DNA of 64,000 nt from Candidatus Babeliales bacterium. GTDB taxonomy: Bacteria; Babelota; Babeliae; Babelales; JBFXEV01. The notes under the pieces are model-generated. The model saw only the letters and a program-made list of their open reading frames with translations. It made no database searches and was not told where the DNA came from. Shown here one piece after another: positions 1 to 8,208 of this stretch; position 1 is the first letter of the stretch, and each line of letters begins with the position of its first letter. The stretch is taken from assembly GCA_050179755.1 (NCBI GenBank), contig JBFXEV010000001.1, forward strand, positions 489,994 through 553,993, read 5' to 3'. The translations under genes were made by a program, and so were the position numbers.

Positions 1-645
1 CTTCTCATGTTCAAAAACCATTTCCACCCCTTGGTAATGATCAACTGCATAGTGAAGCGGCGTTAAGCACTGCATAGAGGGCAAATTGGGCAAAGCATTA
101 TGGTCTAATAATAATTTAACCATAGCATAACGAGTCTTTATACAAGGAAACCCTAGCGCAGTTAACAATGCCGTTGCACCCTGTTCTGTATAACAATTAG
201 GATTTGCGCGATGAAATAAAGCAAGCGTAGCATTATTTATTTCACCGTTTTTAAGCGCAGCTAATAATTGACGATCAACCATGCGATCGGTTGATCTTAA
301 ATGTGCCGACGGCGCAGCTGTTAATGATCGCACCAATGTACAAATATCTTCTCGCGTGCGAGGATCATGTATACTATCTATGCCAGCTATAACTTTATAA
401 TGAGTCAATGCAAAATCATCAAAAAATTGCCGGTGCTTGACAATATCTAGTCTATTAGCTTTTACAAGACGCTTACCTTCTTGATTATTTTTACTTTGCT
501 GTGCAGTAAATCTTTGAATGACTTTTAAGTCTTTAAAAAACTGTTCATCAATAATTGTTTGCTCAGAATCTACAAAAAAACGCAACATGCCAATTATAAT
601 GTTAACGTTAAAGAGCACATAACAGAGAAGAACTCTCTTCCACAC
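1..645 (-). CDS. Ankyrin-repeat protein with signal peptide (runs off window start)
   Basis: Hand translation from GTG at 645 after GGAGG RBS: MWKRVLLCYVLFNVNIIIGML...ANPNCYTEQGATALLTAL...MVKLLLDHNALPNLPSMQCLTPLHYAV; open to position 1; not in the ORF track. Confidence 0.8.
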   Translation of the reverse strand, partial: MWKRVLLCYVLFNVNIIIGMLRFFVDSEQTIIDEQFFKDLKVIQRFTAQQSKNNQEGKRLVKANRLDIVKHRQFFDDFALTHYKVIAGIDSIHDPRTREDICTLVRSLTAAPSAHLRSTDRMVDRQLLAALKNGEINNATLALFHRANPNCYTEQGATALLTALGFPCIKTRYAMVKLLLDHNALPNLPSMQCLTPLHYAVDHYQGVEMVFEHEK

Positions 646-671
646 AGCACAACCTCCAGTCCGCTATGCTA

Positions 672-1064
672 TTATTCAGTCACCGTAACCCTTTGCCCTG
701 CACTATGGAGCATATGTAACGCAAAATCAGAAATTAAATAGCCGCCAATAAACATGCTTGTATACGGAGCATTGGCAATACTATCCCGCTTAAAAATCAA
801 AGCCCACAGGGCAAGCGCACTAAAAAAAGGGCAATCAGCTACGGTTTTTAACACACTACTGCCAATGCGCGATAGTAACCCATCGTTATAAACTTTTACT
901 GCAGATTCATAACCAAGTAGTCGTTCAATTTCTACCGATTGCCCTGGCTCAAGCTTTACCTGGCATATTTCCGTATCATCCGTATGCACATTAACAGTTA
1001 CCGTTTCTTCTTGAGCATGCGCTAAGCACATAACGCATAAAAGTAATCCAAATAATTTTTTCAT
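672..1064 (-). CDS. Hypothetical exported/membrane protein
   Basis: Likely start MKKLFGLLLCVMCLAHA (signal peptide) at 1064; two hydrophobic C-terminal segments. Confidence 0.6.
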   Translation of the reverse strand: MKKLFGLLLCVMCLAHAQEETVTVNVHTDDTEICQVKLEPGQSVEIERLLGYESAVKVYNDGLLSRIGSSVLKTVADCPFFSALALWALIFKRDSIANAPYTSMFIGGYLISDFALHMLHSAGQRVTVTE

Positions 1065-1169
1065 GGCCAACGCCCTTTCATTTTTAATTTTAATATACAC
1101 ACGTTCTTTTGATTGAGTATACTAAAGAGAAAAATTGAACACTAATGCCCCAAAAATAAAGGAAAGTAT

Positions 1170-1922
1170 ATGCCAGCACTGCTTATTGTGTGTAATTGGA
1201 AAATGTATTTTTTTTATAAACAAGCGCATACATGGCTAAGCACTCATCAATCAGATCTTGTTCAACTTACCAAGCAAACAAATAAACATGTGATATTGTG
1301 CCCCTCTTATGATGCTCTGGGCGAAATTGCAAAACTCCTCGATGCCAAAACAATTGCGCTCGGCGCGCAAGATTGTGCAGCACACATTAACGGCCCCTAT
1401 ACGGGTCAAGTAAGCGCACAATCGCTTAAAGAACTTGGTTGCTCATATGTTCTCATTGGACACAGTGAAACGCGTGGCGCTCATAAAGGAACCATAGAAG
1501 CTTCTGTACTTAAAGCAACGTGTGCTTTGGAACAAAACTTAACGCCCATTGTGTGCATTGGTGAATCAGAAGAAAAATATAAAGCAGGAACGTCCCTTAA
1601 ATTTATTGAAGAGCAAGTGCGACCCATTCTTGAGCTTTCTAAAAGATATTCAGGCCAACAATTTATTATTGCCTATGAGCCTATTTGGTCGATCGGCACC
1701 AGCATAGTACCAAAAAACGCCTATATAGAAAGCGTGTTTACCTATATTATTAGCCGCGCCAAAAAGATAGGGTTGCAACGTGCACCTTTATTACTTTATG
1801 GTGGCAGTGTTGATGAAGTGAGTGCCCCTACACTCAAACAGGTTGTCCACTTGGGAGGATTTCTTATTGGCAAAGCAAGTACAGATTTTCAAAAATTAAA
1901 AAAGATTGTACAATTAGTATAA
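1170..1922 (+). CDS. tpiA: Triosephosphate isomerase
   Basis: NWKM, GHSE, AYEPIWSIGT, YGGSV motifs; upstream of secG as is common. Confidence 0.95.
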   Translation: MPALLIVCNWKMYFFYKQAHTWLSTHQSDLVQLTKQTNKHVILCPSYDALGEIAKLLDAKTIALGAQDCAAHINGPYTGQVSAQSLKELGCSYVLIGHSETRGAHKGTIEASVLKATCALEQNLTPIVCIGESEEKYKAGTSLKFIEEQVRPILELSKRYSGQQFIIAYEPIWSIGTSIVPKNAYIESVFTYIISRAKKIGLQRAPLLLYGGSVDEVSAPTLKQVVHLGGFLIGKASTDFQKLKKIVQLV

Positions 1923-1941
1923 GTAACAATTATTTATATTC

Positions 1942-1996
1942 CCGCTCAAAACCCTTCGATACATTTTTCCTCCAGAAAAACACTCAAGGTGGGCGG
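1942..1996. repeat. REP-like palindromic element, copy 1
   Basis: ccgctc...cccttcgatacatttttcc..gaaaaacactcaaggtgggcgg; 43/55 identical by hand alignment to 55549-55603. Confidence 0.75.
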
Positions 1997-2030
1997 TAAA
2001 AAAAATTTCTTAACTCATTTTGGAGACAGC

Positions 2031-2366
2031 ATGTTAGTAGGTTTACTCAGCGCCCTTTTTATTATTATGTGCCTCTTTATGGTACTTCTCATCCTCATTC
2101 AACAAGGTAAAGGCAGCATGGGCCTTGGCGCTATGGGCGGCGGGTCTCAAATGCTTTTTGGTGGTTCAGGCGGCCAAGACATGTTCCAGAAAATAACCTG
2201 GTTCTTGGGCGCAGTATTTATTTTTGGCTCACTCGCTCTTTCTATTTTCATAACCAAAGAGCATAAAAAATCTCGCTACGTAAGCCATATGCAGCAGCCA
2301 GCGCAGCCTAGAATGCCTGTAGATATGCCTACCGCACAAGATCAAGCAGCTCAAGAAGCAGAGTAA
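2031..2366 (+). CDS. secG: Preprotein translocase subunit SecG
   Basis: ILIQQGKG..G..GGG...LFGGSG....QKIT motif, two TM helices; GGAG RBS before ATG 2031. Confidence 0.92.
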   Translation: MLVGLLSALFIIMCLFMVLLILIQQGKGSMGLGAMGGGSQMLFGGSGGQDMFQKITWFLGAVFIFGSLALSIFITKEHKKSRYVSHMQQPAQPRMPVDMPTAQDQAAQEAE

Positions 2367-2367
2367 G

Positions 2368-2464
2368 TCTGGCAGTTGCCGGGAATAAACCGCTCTCACT
2401 TTCTTCAGCTCCCAATACTCGCGCAAGTGGAGTGGGAATTGGCGAAAACAGGAAGATGAGTAGC
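2368..2464 (+). ncRNA. Candidate structured RNA (long irregular hairpin with GCAA tetraloop), family unassigned
   Basis: Nested pairings gct/agc, ctca/tgag, tcttc/gaaga, tccc/ggga, actc/gagt around GCAA at 2423-2426; small GC hairpin at 2368-2383. Confidence 0.35.
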
Positions 2465-2498
2465 AAAATATATGAGCACTTAAAAAAGGGTATAAACC

Positions 2499-3272
2499 AT
2501 GATCCTACAAGTAATAGATTATGTAGGGGCACTAACGCTCGGATATTGCAATACGCTCGGCACCTTTGTTTTATTTCTCTATACCGCTTTATACACCTTA
2601 CTTACTACCAAACTCAAACTTAAAAAAGTATTTGCTCAAATGGAGCACGTAGGGGTAAACTCCCTTGCCATTGTAATGCTCACGGGCCTTTTTACTGGTG
2701 CCGTTCTTGCTTTTCAAAGTTATATAGGCTTTAAACGCTTTGGCGCAGAAGGCTTTATTGGGCCGGTCGTAGCGCTCAGCTTAACGCGTGAATTAGGGCC
2801 TGTGCTCACTGGCCTTATGGTAACCGGCCGCGCAGGATCTGCAATGACAGCAGAAATTGGCACCATGCGTATTACCGAACAAATTGACGCACTTGAAACA
2901 TTGCGCTTAAACGTGTTCCAATATCTTATTACGCCTCGTCTTATAGCATCAACTATCATTTTGCCTTTCCTTGCGCTATTTACTATGCTTCTTGGCATTA
3001 TTGGTGGCTACATTATCAGCACTCAAGTGCTTGGGCTTAATGGCGTGCAATTTATCAAGGGCATTCAACGCTATGTTGAACTTTCTGATGTGACTAACGG
3101 CCTTATTAAATCAGCAGCATTTGGCCTTATTTTATCATGGGTAGGCTCATATAAAGGTTATTATGCACATGGTGGCGCACGCGGTGTGGGAATCTCTACC
3201 ACGCAAAGCGTGGTGATAAGCTCCATTATGATATTGATCGCAAATTACTTTTTGACTGCCATACTCTTTTAG
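2499..3272 (+). CDS. mlaE: MlaE-family ABC permease
   Basis: RELGPVLTGLMVTGRAGSAMTAEIGTMRITEQIDAL signature. Confidence 0.93.
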   Translation: MILQVIDYVGALTLGYCNTLGTFVLFLYTALYTLLTTKLKLKKVFAQMEHVGVNSLAIVMLTGLFTGAVLAFQSYIGFKRFGAEGFIGPVVALSLTRELGPVLTGLMVTGRAGSAMTAEIGTMRITEQIDALETLRLNVFQYLITPRLIASTIILPFLALFTMLLGIIGGYIISTQVLGLNGVQFIKGIQRYVELSDVTNGLIKSAAFGLILSWVGSYKGYYAHGGARGVGISTTQSVVISSIMILIANYFLTAILF

Positions 3273-3280
3273 GTCAAGCT

Positions 3281-4054
3281 ATGATACGTATTGAAAATTT
3301 ACGCAAACGATTTGATGATGGCAGATGGATCACCAACGGCGTTAATTTAACTATCCCAGAAGGCAAAATGACGGTGATCATTGGTCTTTCTGGTGAAGGT
3401 AAATCAGTACTCCTTAAGCAAATCATTGGCCTCATTCGTCCCACGTCTGGCCATATTTATATTGATAATGTTGACGTGGCAACACTCCCGCAAAAAGATT
3501 TAGATATTGTCTATAAAGAATGCGGTTACGTGTTCCAATTTGCAGCGCTTCTTGATTCACTCAATATATTTGAAAACGTAGGCATTACATTGCTTGAAAA
3601 GGGTGAGCCAAAAGAAAAAGTATTGCCTATTGTGCAAGAAAAACTGGCGCTGGTAAATCTCTCGCAAGAAGTATTGTATAAATATCCTAATGAAATTTCA
3701 GGTGGTATGCGCAAGCGAGTAGGCCTTGCGCGCACGCTTATTACCAACCCCAAAATTATTCTCTATGACGAGCCCACCACGGGGCTAGATCCAATTACTG
3801 CACGCGTGATTCATGAACTTATGTTTGATATGCAGAAAAAGCTTGATCTTACTTCTGTGGTGATATCGCACGATGTAGAAATATTTAAATATGCAGATTA
3901 CGTTGCATTACTCTTTCAAGGTAAAATTCGCTATGTTGGCGATGCCAAAACAATATGGGAAAGCGATAATCCCTATGTCTTTCAATTTATCCGTGGCCTT
4001 TCTGAAGGCCCTATGAAAACGGAAATTCCTCATACTTCTTTAAGAGAAGGCTAA
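3281..4054 (+). CDS. mlaF: MlaF-family ABC ATPase
   Basis: Walker A GLSGEGKS, ISGGMRKRVGLAR, YDEPTTGLDP; follows mlaE. Confidence 0.9.
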   Translation: MIRIENLRKRFDDGRWITNGVNLTIPEGKMTVIIGLSGEGKSVLLKQIIGLIRPTSGHIYIDNVDVATLPQKDLDIVYKECGYVFQFAALLDSLNIFENVGITLLEKGEPKEKVLPIVQEKLALVNLSQEVLYKYPNEISGGMRKRVGLARTLITNPKIILYDEPTTGLDPITARVIHELMFDMQKKLDLTSVVISHDVEIFKYADYVALLFQGKIRYVGDAKTIWESDNPYVFQFIRGLSEGPMKTEIPHTSLREG

Positions 4055-4188
4055 GAGTAAAAAACCTCTAGAATAAAGGGTTTTCTACTTCTATATCATT
4101 GCTTTTATACGCCGCTTTTTGCTACTCTAAAGATAGAAGAAGGCCCGCCCAATGGGCCATTTAGGTAACACATAAAAAAGGAAGTACC

Positions 4189-4662
4189 ATGAAAAATATT
4201 ATTACCAAAGCGCTCACGCTTACATTAGCATTACTAACATTAAGCGATATACAAGCGGTAGAAACATTACGGCCAATAGACAAAGCCTTATTGAATGCTG
4301 CAAAAAATGATAAAACTGGCAAATTTGTAATCTTAGCTATTGAAGAAGGTGCTAACGTACATGCGCGTGATGAAGACGGCTACACAGCTATGCATTGGAT
4401 CGCTAGAAATGCCGACATACCTACCTTACTGTATATGTTATCTAAAGTTGATCGAAAAACAGCTTTAAATGATAGAAAGAATAAATTGGGCTTAACACCA
4501 TATGAATTGGCTAAGCTGAGTGGCAATACAAAGTTACTTAACCTAATTGAATTTTATACATTAGTTAAAATCCCTGCGCCAAGTTGTACATATGATAGGC
4601 AAACTGGTGTGGCAAGTTGTTTAGACCACTCAACTGGTGGATCTTACTTAACTATGGGTTAA
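4189..4662 (+). CDS. Secreted ankyrin-repeat protein
   Basis: Signal peptide; GANVHARDEDGYTAMHW and GLTPYELA ankyrin motifs. Confidence 0.85.
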   Translation: MKNIITKALTLTLALLTLSDIQAVETLRPIDKALLNAAKNDKTGKFVILAIEEGANVHARDEDGYTAMHWIARNADIPTLLYMLSKVDRKTALNDRKNKLGLTPYELAKLSGNTKLLNLIEFYTLVKIPAPSCTYDRQTGVASCLDHSTGGSYLTMG

Positions 4663-4673
4663 TTTAAATAAAA

Positions 4674-4708
4674 ACGTAAAGGGTCGCCAAACGTGCGACT
4701 CTTTACGT
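4674..4708. terminator. Strong intergenic hairpin
   Basis: acgtaaagggtcgc-7 nt-gcgactctttacgt 14-bp stem between two ankyrin genes; no U-tract on + strand. Confidence 0.45.
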
Positions 4709-4713
4709 AAATT

Positions 4714-5169
4714 ATGAATATGAAGCAGTTTACTAACAAATTACTTATCATAGCTCTATGGTGCTCTGCAACATATCAAGCGCATGCCGAATACCAAAAA
4801 CAACTAACGCCTCTTGAAGAACGCTTTTTACAAGCTGCCAAAAATGATAACATGCGTGAGCTTAAAGACGCTATTAAAGCCCGAGTTAATGTACTGGTGC
4901 GTGATGGCACGGGGTACCAAGCACTCCATTGGGCCGCTCGCAATGGCAATAATGATGCAATTACCTTACTTGTAGATGAAGGCGCCAACGCAGAAGACGC
5001 TGAAAATAGAGATCATTTAACGCCCGCGCAAGTAGCACACGACATGCACCATAGAGATACAGAAGCTATGCTCACTAAAATTGCAGACGATCAAGCTGCG
5101 CGCCGACGCGTGAAAACACAATATTATATACGCAGCACTGGCAGCATTAAAACAAACCCTCGTGAATAA
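4714..5169 (+). CDS. Secreted ankyrin-repeat protein, paralogue of 4189-4662
   Basis: Signal peptide; DGTGYQALHWAARNGN..LLVDEGAN, HLTPAQVA. Confidence 0.88.
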   Translation: MNMKQFTNKLLIIALWCSATYQAHAEYQKQLTPLEERFLQAAKNDNMRELKDAIKARVNVLVRDGTGYQALHWAARNGNNDAITLLVDEGANAEDAENRDHLTPAQVAHDMHHRDTEAMLTKIADDQAARRRVKTQYYIRSTGSIKTNPRE

Positions 5170-5194
5170 ATTCTCCACACAATCTTTTTGATAA

Positions 5195-5203
5195 TGCTAT
5201 ACT
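5195..5203 (+). promoter_or_regulatory. Extended -10 promoter element TGCTATACT
   Basis: About 20 nt upstream of ATG 5224; the motif recurs upstream of several genes. Confidence 0.5.
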
Positions 5204-5223
5204 GGCATTATTAAGGAGATAAC

Positions 5224-5925
5224 ATGGTGTGGTATATCATTTTTTTATGCATCGCAAGCAATGCACAGCAATGCATGGCAATGGAGCACTCTTGCTCGCA
5301 CGATAAAGCCAACATTGCTCAAAAAGAGCATCAAGCTTGCGCCAATGCTCTGGCGCGCAAACCAAAACCAACTAGAACTTTGGCCAAACCAAAAAAACAG
5401 CCTTTTAATGCTTCAGAACAAGATCCCAAAATACGCGTGGTAATTGAAATTTCAAGTATAGCAGACTATCAAAAAGGAGAAGTTGCCAATACTACTGCAA
5501 TCGATTTTTCAAGTAATAACCTTAGCGAGCTACCGCAGTTACATGGTTATACAAAGCTACAAGAAATTGACTGCTCTGGTAATGAATTCCGTATCGTGCC
5601 ACCACCTTTGTTTCAATGCTTGGGGTTACAGCGAATTTTTTTACAGCATAATCTTATAGAAATCATTCCAAGTGCAATACATATGTTCGGTCACCTTACC
5701 GTGCTTAATCTTGCCCATAATTATCTGAGAGAGTTACCAAATGAGCTTAGTAGATTACAAAAACTAAGAGATTTGAATGTCTCGCACAATGCAATAACTT
5801 CAATTCCTGCCTCTATTGCCCGTCTTGCGCAACTATTTCATTTTAATATCAAAAATAATCAGCTTACTCAAACTCTGGTTGACGCACTTAAACAAAAAAT
5901 GCCCAATACTACCATTACATGGTAA
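5224..5925 (+). CDS. Secreted leucine-rich-repeat protein
   Basis: About 6 LxxLxLxxNxLxxLP repeats; signal peptide followed by AME. Confidence 0.9.
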   Translation: MVWYIIFLCIASNAQQCMAMEHSCSHDKANIAQKEHQACANALARKPKPTRTLAKPKKQPFNASEQDPKIRVVIEISSIADYQKGEVANTTAIDFSSNNLSELPQLHGYTKLQEIDCSGNEFRIVPPPLFQCLGLQRIFLQHNLIEIIPSAIHMFGHLTVLNLAHNYLRELPNELSRLQKLRDLNVSHNAITSIPASIARLAQLFHFNIKNNQLTQTLVDALKQKMPNTTITW

Positions 5926-6009
5926 CATACGTTACGTTCCGCTAAAAATTGTAAGAATGCGCTTAAAATGGTATAGTTATTCATTGCAGACGTACGTTCT
6001 TCCACAAAG

Positions 6010-7005
6010 GTGCATATGAATACGCAATTACCACAAAACGCTCTTATTGAAAAAATTAAAGATGAAAGCTATCGCTTTTCACAATTAAGCCAAGAAGTTG
6101 CCAAAAAAATTGTTGGGCAAACAGAAAGCATTAATTTTGTTATGATCGCCATTCTATGTAATGGCCATATTTTGCTTGAAGGTGTTCCTGGCGTTGCCAA
6201 AACAACAATGATCAAAGCAATCAATGAAGCGCTTGGCTTAACGTTCAAGCGCATTCAATTTACGCCTGATTTATTGCCAGCCGATCTTATAGGCACTTTA
6301 ATCTATAACCAAAAAACACAAGAATTTGAAACAAAAAAAGGCCCCATTTTTGCCAATTTAATTTTGGCAGATGAAATTAACCGCGCTCCTGCAAAAGTGC
6401 AAGCAGCACTTCTTGAAGCAATGCAAGAACATCAAGTGACCATTGGTTCTAACACGTTTGCCCTTGATGAACCGTTTTTAGTATTTGCAACACAAAACCC
6501 TATTGAGCAAGAAGGCACGTATCAACTTCCCGAGGCGCAAGTTGACCGCTTTATGTTTAAACTCAATGTGGGCTATCCTACGTATGAACAAGAAAAGCAA
6601 ATTATTAATGCTCATACTAATAAACAAGAAATCAAACAAGTACTTTCAAAACAAGATATATTTGAAGCACAAAAGTTAATTAATTCCATTTATATTGATG
6701 AAAAAATTGTAAACTACTTAGTAAATATTGTATTTGCAACTAGAATGCCAGCAGCCTACGGCTTGAAACAATTGGCGCCCTTGATACACTATGGAGTATC
6801 TCCACGCGCAACACTAGCTTTGCATCATGCCGCGCGTGCGCATGCATTTTTAAAACAACGGCATTTTGTAACACCAGACGATGTTAAATTAGTATGTCAG
6901 CCTATTTTACGTCATCGACTCATTCTGACTTACGAAGCCGAAGCGGAAGGCAAAACTTCAGATGATATTATTAAAACCATACTTACGACCATTCCTGCGC
7001 CGTAA
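6010..7005 (+). CDS. moxR: MoxR-family AAA+ ATPase
   Basis: GHILLEGVPGVAKT, RIQFTPDLLPAD, LADEINRAPAKVQAALLEAMQE, ATQNPIEQEGTY. Confidence 0.93.
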   Translation: MHMNTQLPQNALIEKIKDESYRFSQLSQEVAKKIVGQTESINFVMIAILCNGHILLEGVPGVAKTTMIKAINEALGLTFKRIQFTPDLLPADLIGTLIYNQKTQEFETKKGPIFANLILADEINRAPAKVQAALLEAMQEHQVTIGSNTFALDEPFLVFATQNPIEQEGTYQLPEAQVDRFMFKLNVGYPTYEQEKQIINAHTNKQEIKQVLSKQDIFEAQKLINSIYIDEKIVNYLVNIVFATRMPAAYGLKQLAPLIHYGVSPRATLALHHAARAHAFLKQRHFVTPDDVKLVCQPILRHRLILTYEAEAEGKTSDDIIKTILTTIPAP

Positions 7006-7038
7006 CAGTGGTAGTGTGAACTAAAAAAGGGAAGCTGG

Positions 7039-8193
7039 ATGAAACATCCATTTTGGTTGATCAATAGTATTTTACTTATTACGCTCTTGCTTGGTGTAAG
7101 CTTGATGCTATTATTTCGTCCAAAAAAACTTGCACTTGAATCATTCGAACCAGAAAAAGAAGAAATAAAACTACCGCAACAAAGTTTACCTAAAATTGAT
7201 CTTGCAAAGATTTATACTAACGACATTTTTAATACCTATAGCGCACCCACAACACCAACGGAACAACAAGCCGCTGAAATTCCTGCCGTGCCACAACCGC
7301 CACGCCCTGAGCCTATTAAACCTGCGGTTAAACCAACACCAAAATTACTCGAACCACTCAAAGTTACGCTTAAAGGGATCATGCTCACTGGCAATGATGC
7401 TACCAATATGGCAGTCATTGAAAATACACAAACAAAGCAATCAAAAAACTATCGCGTTGGTGATAAGATAGAAGACGCTCAACTCATACGCATTATGAAA
7501 AACAAAATAAGCATAGTACGCTCAAATGGCCAACAAGAAACGCTCTATGTTAATAAACGAGATGCACAGCTTGATCAATTAGTGCAGCCGCAGGGTGATT
7601 GGTCAACTATTATCGCCAAAGTGCAAGAAGGTGCCTATACGATTGATCCAAATGCATTCATTATCAAAGTGCGTAACTTGGCGCAATTTATAGACTTGCT
7701 TAATCTTACTACGGTGTATAAATCAGGCAAAAGCATTGGCGTACGCGTTGGCAAAGTGCAAAGCAATGGACTTGCAACAGCGCTTGGGCTCCAGATGGGT
7801 GACATTATCACGCAAGTAAATGAAATGCCTGCCGACACCACAGATAATCGTTATGCAATTTATCAAACACTCACCAAGTTAAAACTAGATGCTACCATTA
7901 AGTTGCACTTACAACGCAATGGCATTGATCAAACAATAAGTTATACACTTAAAGAAATGGACATTTTGGAAGAAGAGCCACAAAAATCTACTATGCAAGA
8001 TGTGGTATATCCTGAAAAAACTATGGCTGATGTGCAAGCAGAGCGGCAACGCATTATGCGCGAACAATATCGCTTTGCGCCAACTGCTCAAGAACTAGAC
8101 AGAGAAAAGAAACGTACTATGCTTGATACCGCCCCCCAATCAACGCCACGTAAGCGCAATGTACTCACCGAGTTGGTGGAATCACCACATTAA
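7039..8193 (+). CDS. gspC: Type II secretion GspC-like protein with PDZ-like domain
   Basis: N-terminal TM, Pro-rich linker, LKGIM..AVIEN..YRVGDKI HR domain, GLQMGDIITQVN PDZ-like; precedes a secretin. Confidence 0.75.
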   Translation: MKHPFWLINSILLITLLLGVSLMLLFRPKKLALESFEPEKEEIKLPQQSLPKIDLAKIYTNDIFNTYSAPTTPTEQQAAEIPAVPQPPRPEPIKPAVKPTPKLLEPLKVTLKGIMLTGNDATNMAVIENTQTKQSKNYRVGDKIEDAQLIRIMKNKISIVRSNGQQETLYVNKRDAQLDQLVQPQGDWSTIIAKVQEGAYTIDPNAFIIKVRNLAQFIDLLNLTTVYKSGKSIGVRVGKVQSNGLATALGLQMGDIITQVNEMPADTTDNRYAIYQTLTKLKLDATIKLHLQRNGIDQTISYTLKEMDILEEEPQKSTMQDVVYPEKTMADVQAERQRIMREQYRFAPTAQELDREKKRTMLDTAPQSTPRKRNVLTELVESPH

Positions 8194-8208
8194 ACGAATG
8201 AGCCAAAC

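Noticed and set aside
2367..2498. tRNA or SRP RNA after secG
   Set aside because: No T-loop GTTC/cloverleaf and no SRP domain IV motif; kept only as an unassigned hairpin.
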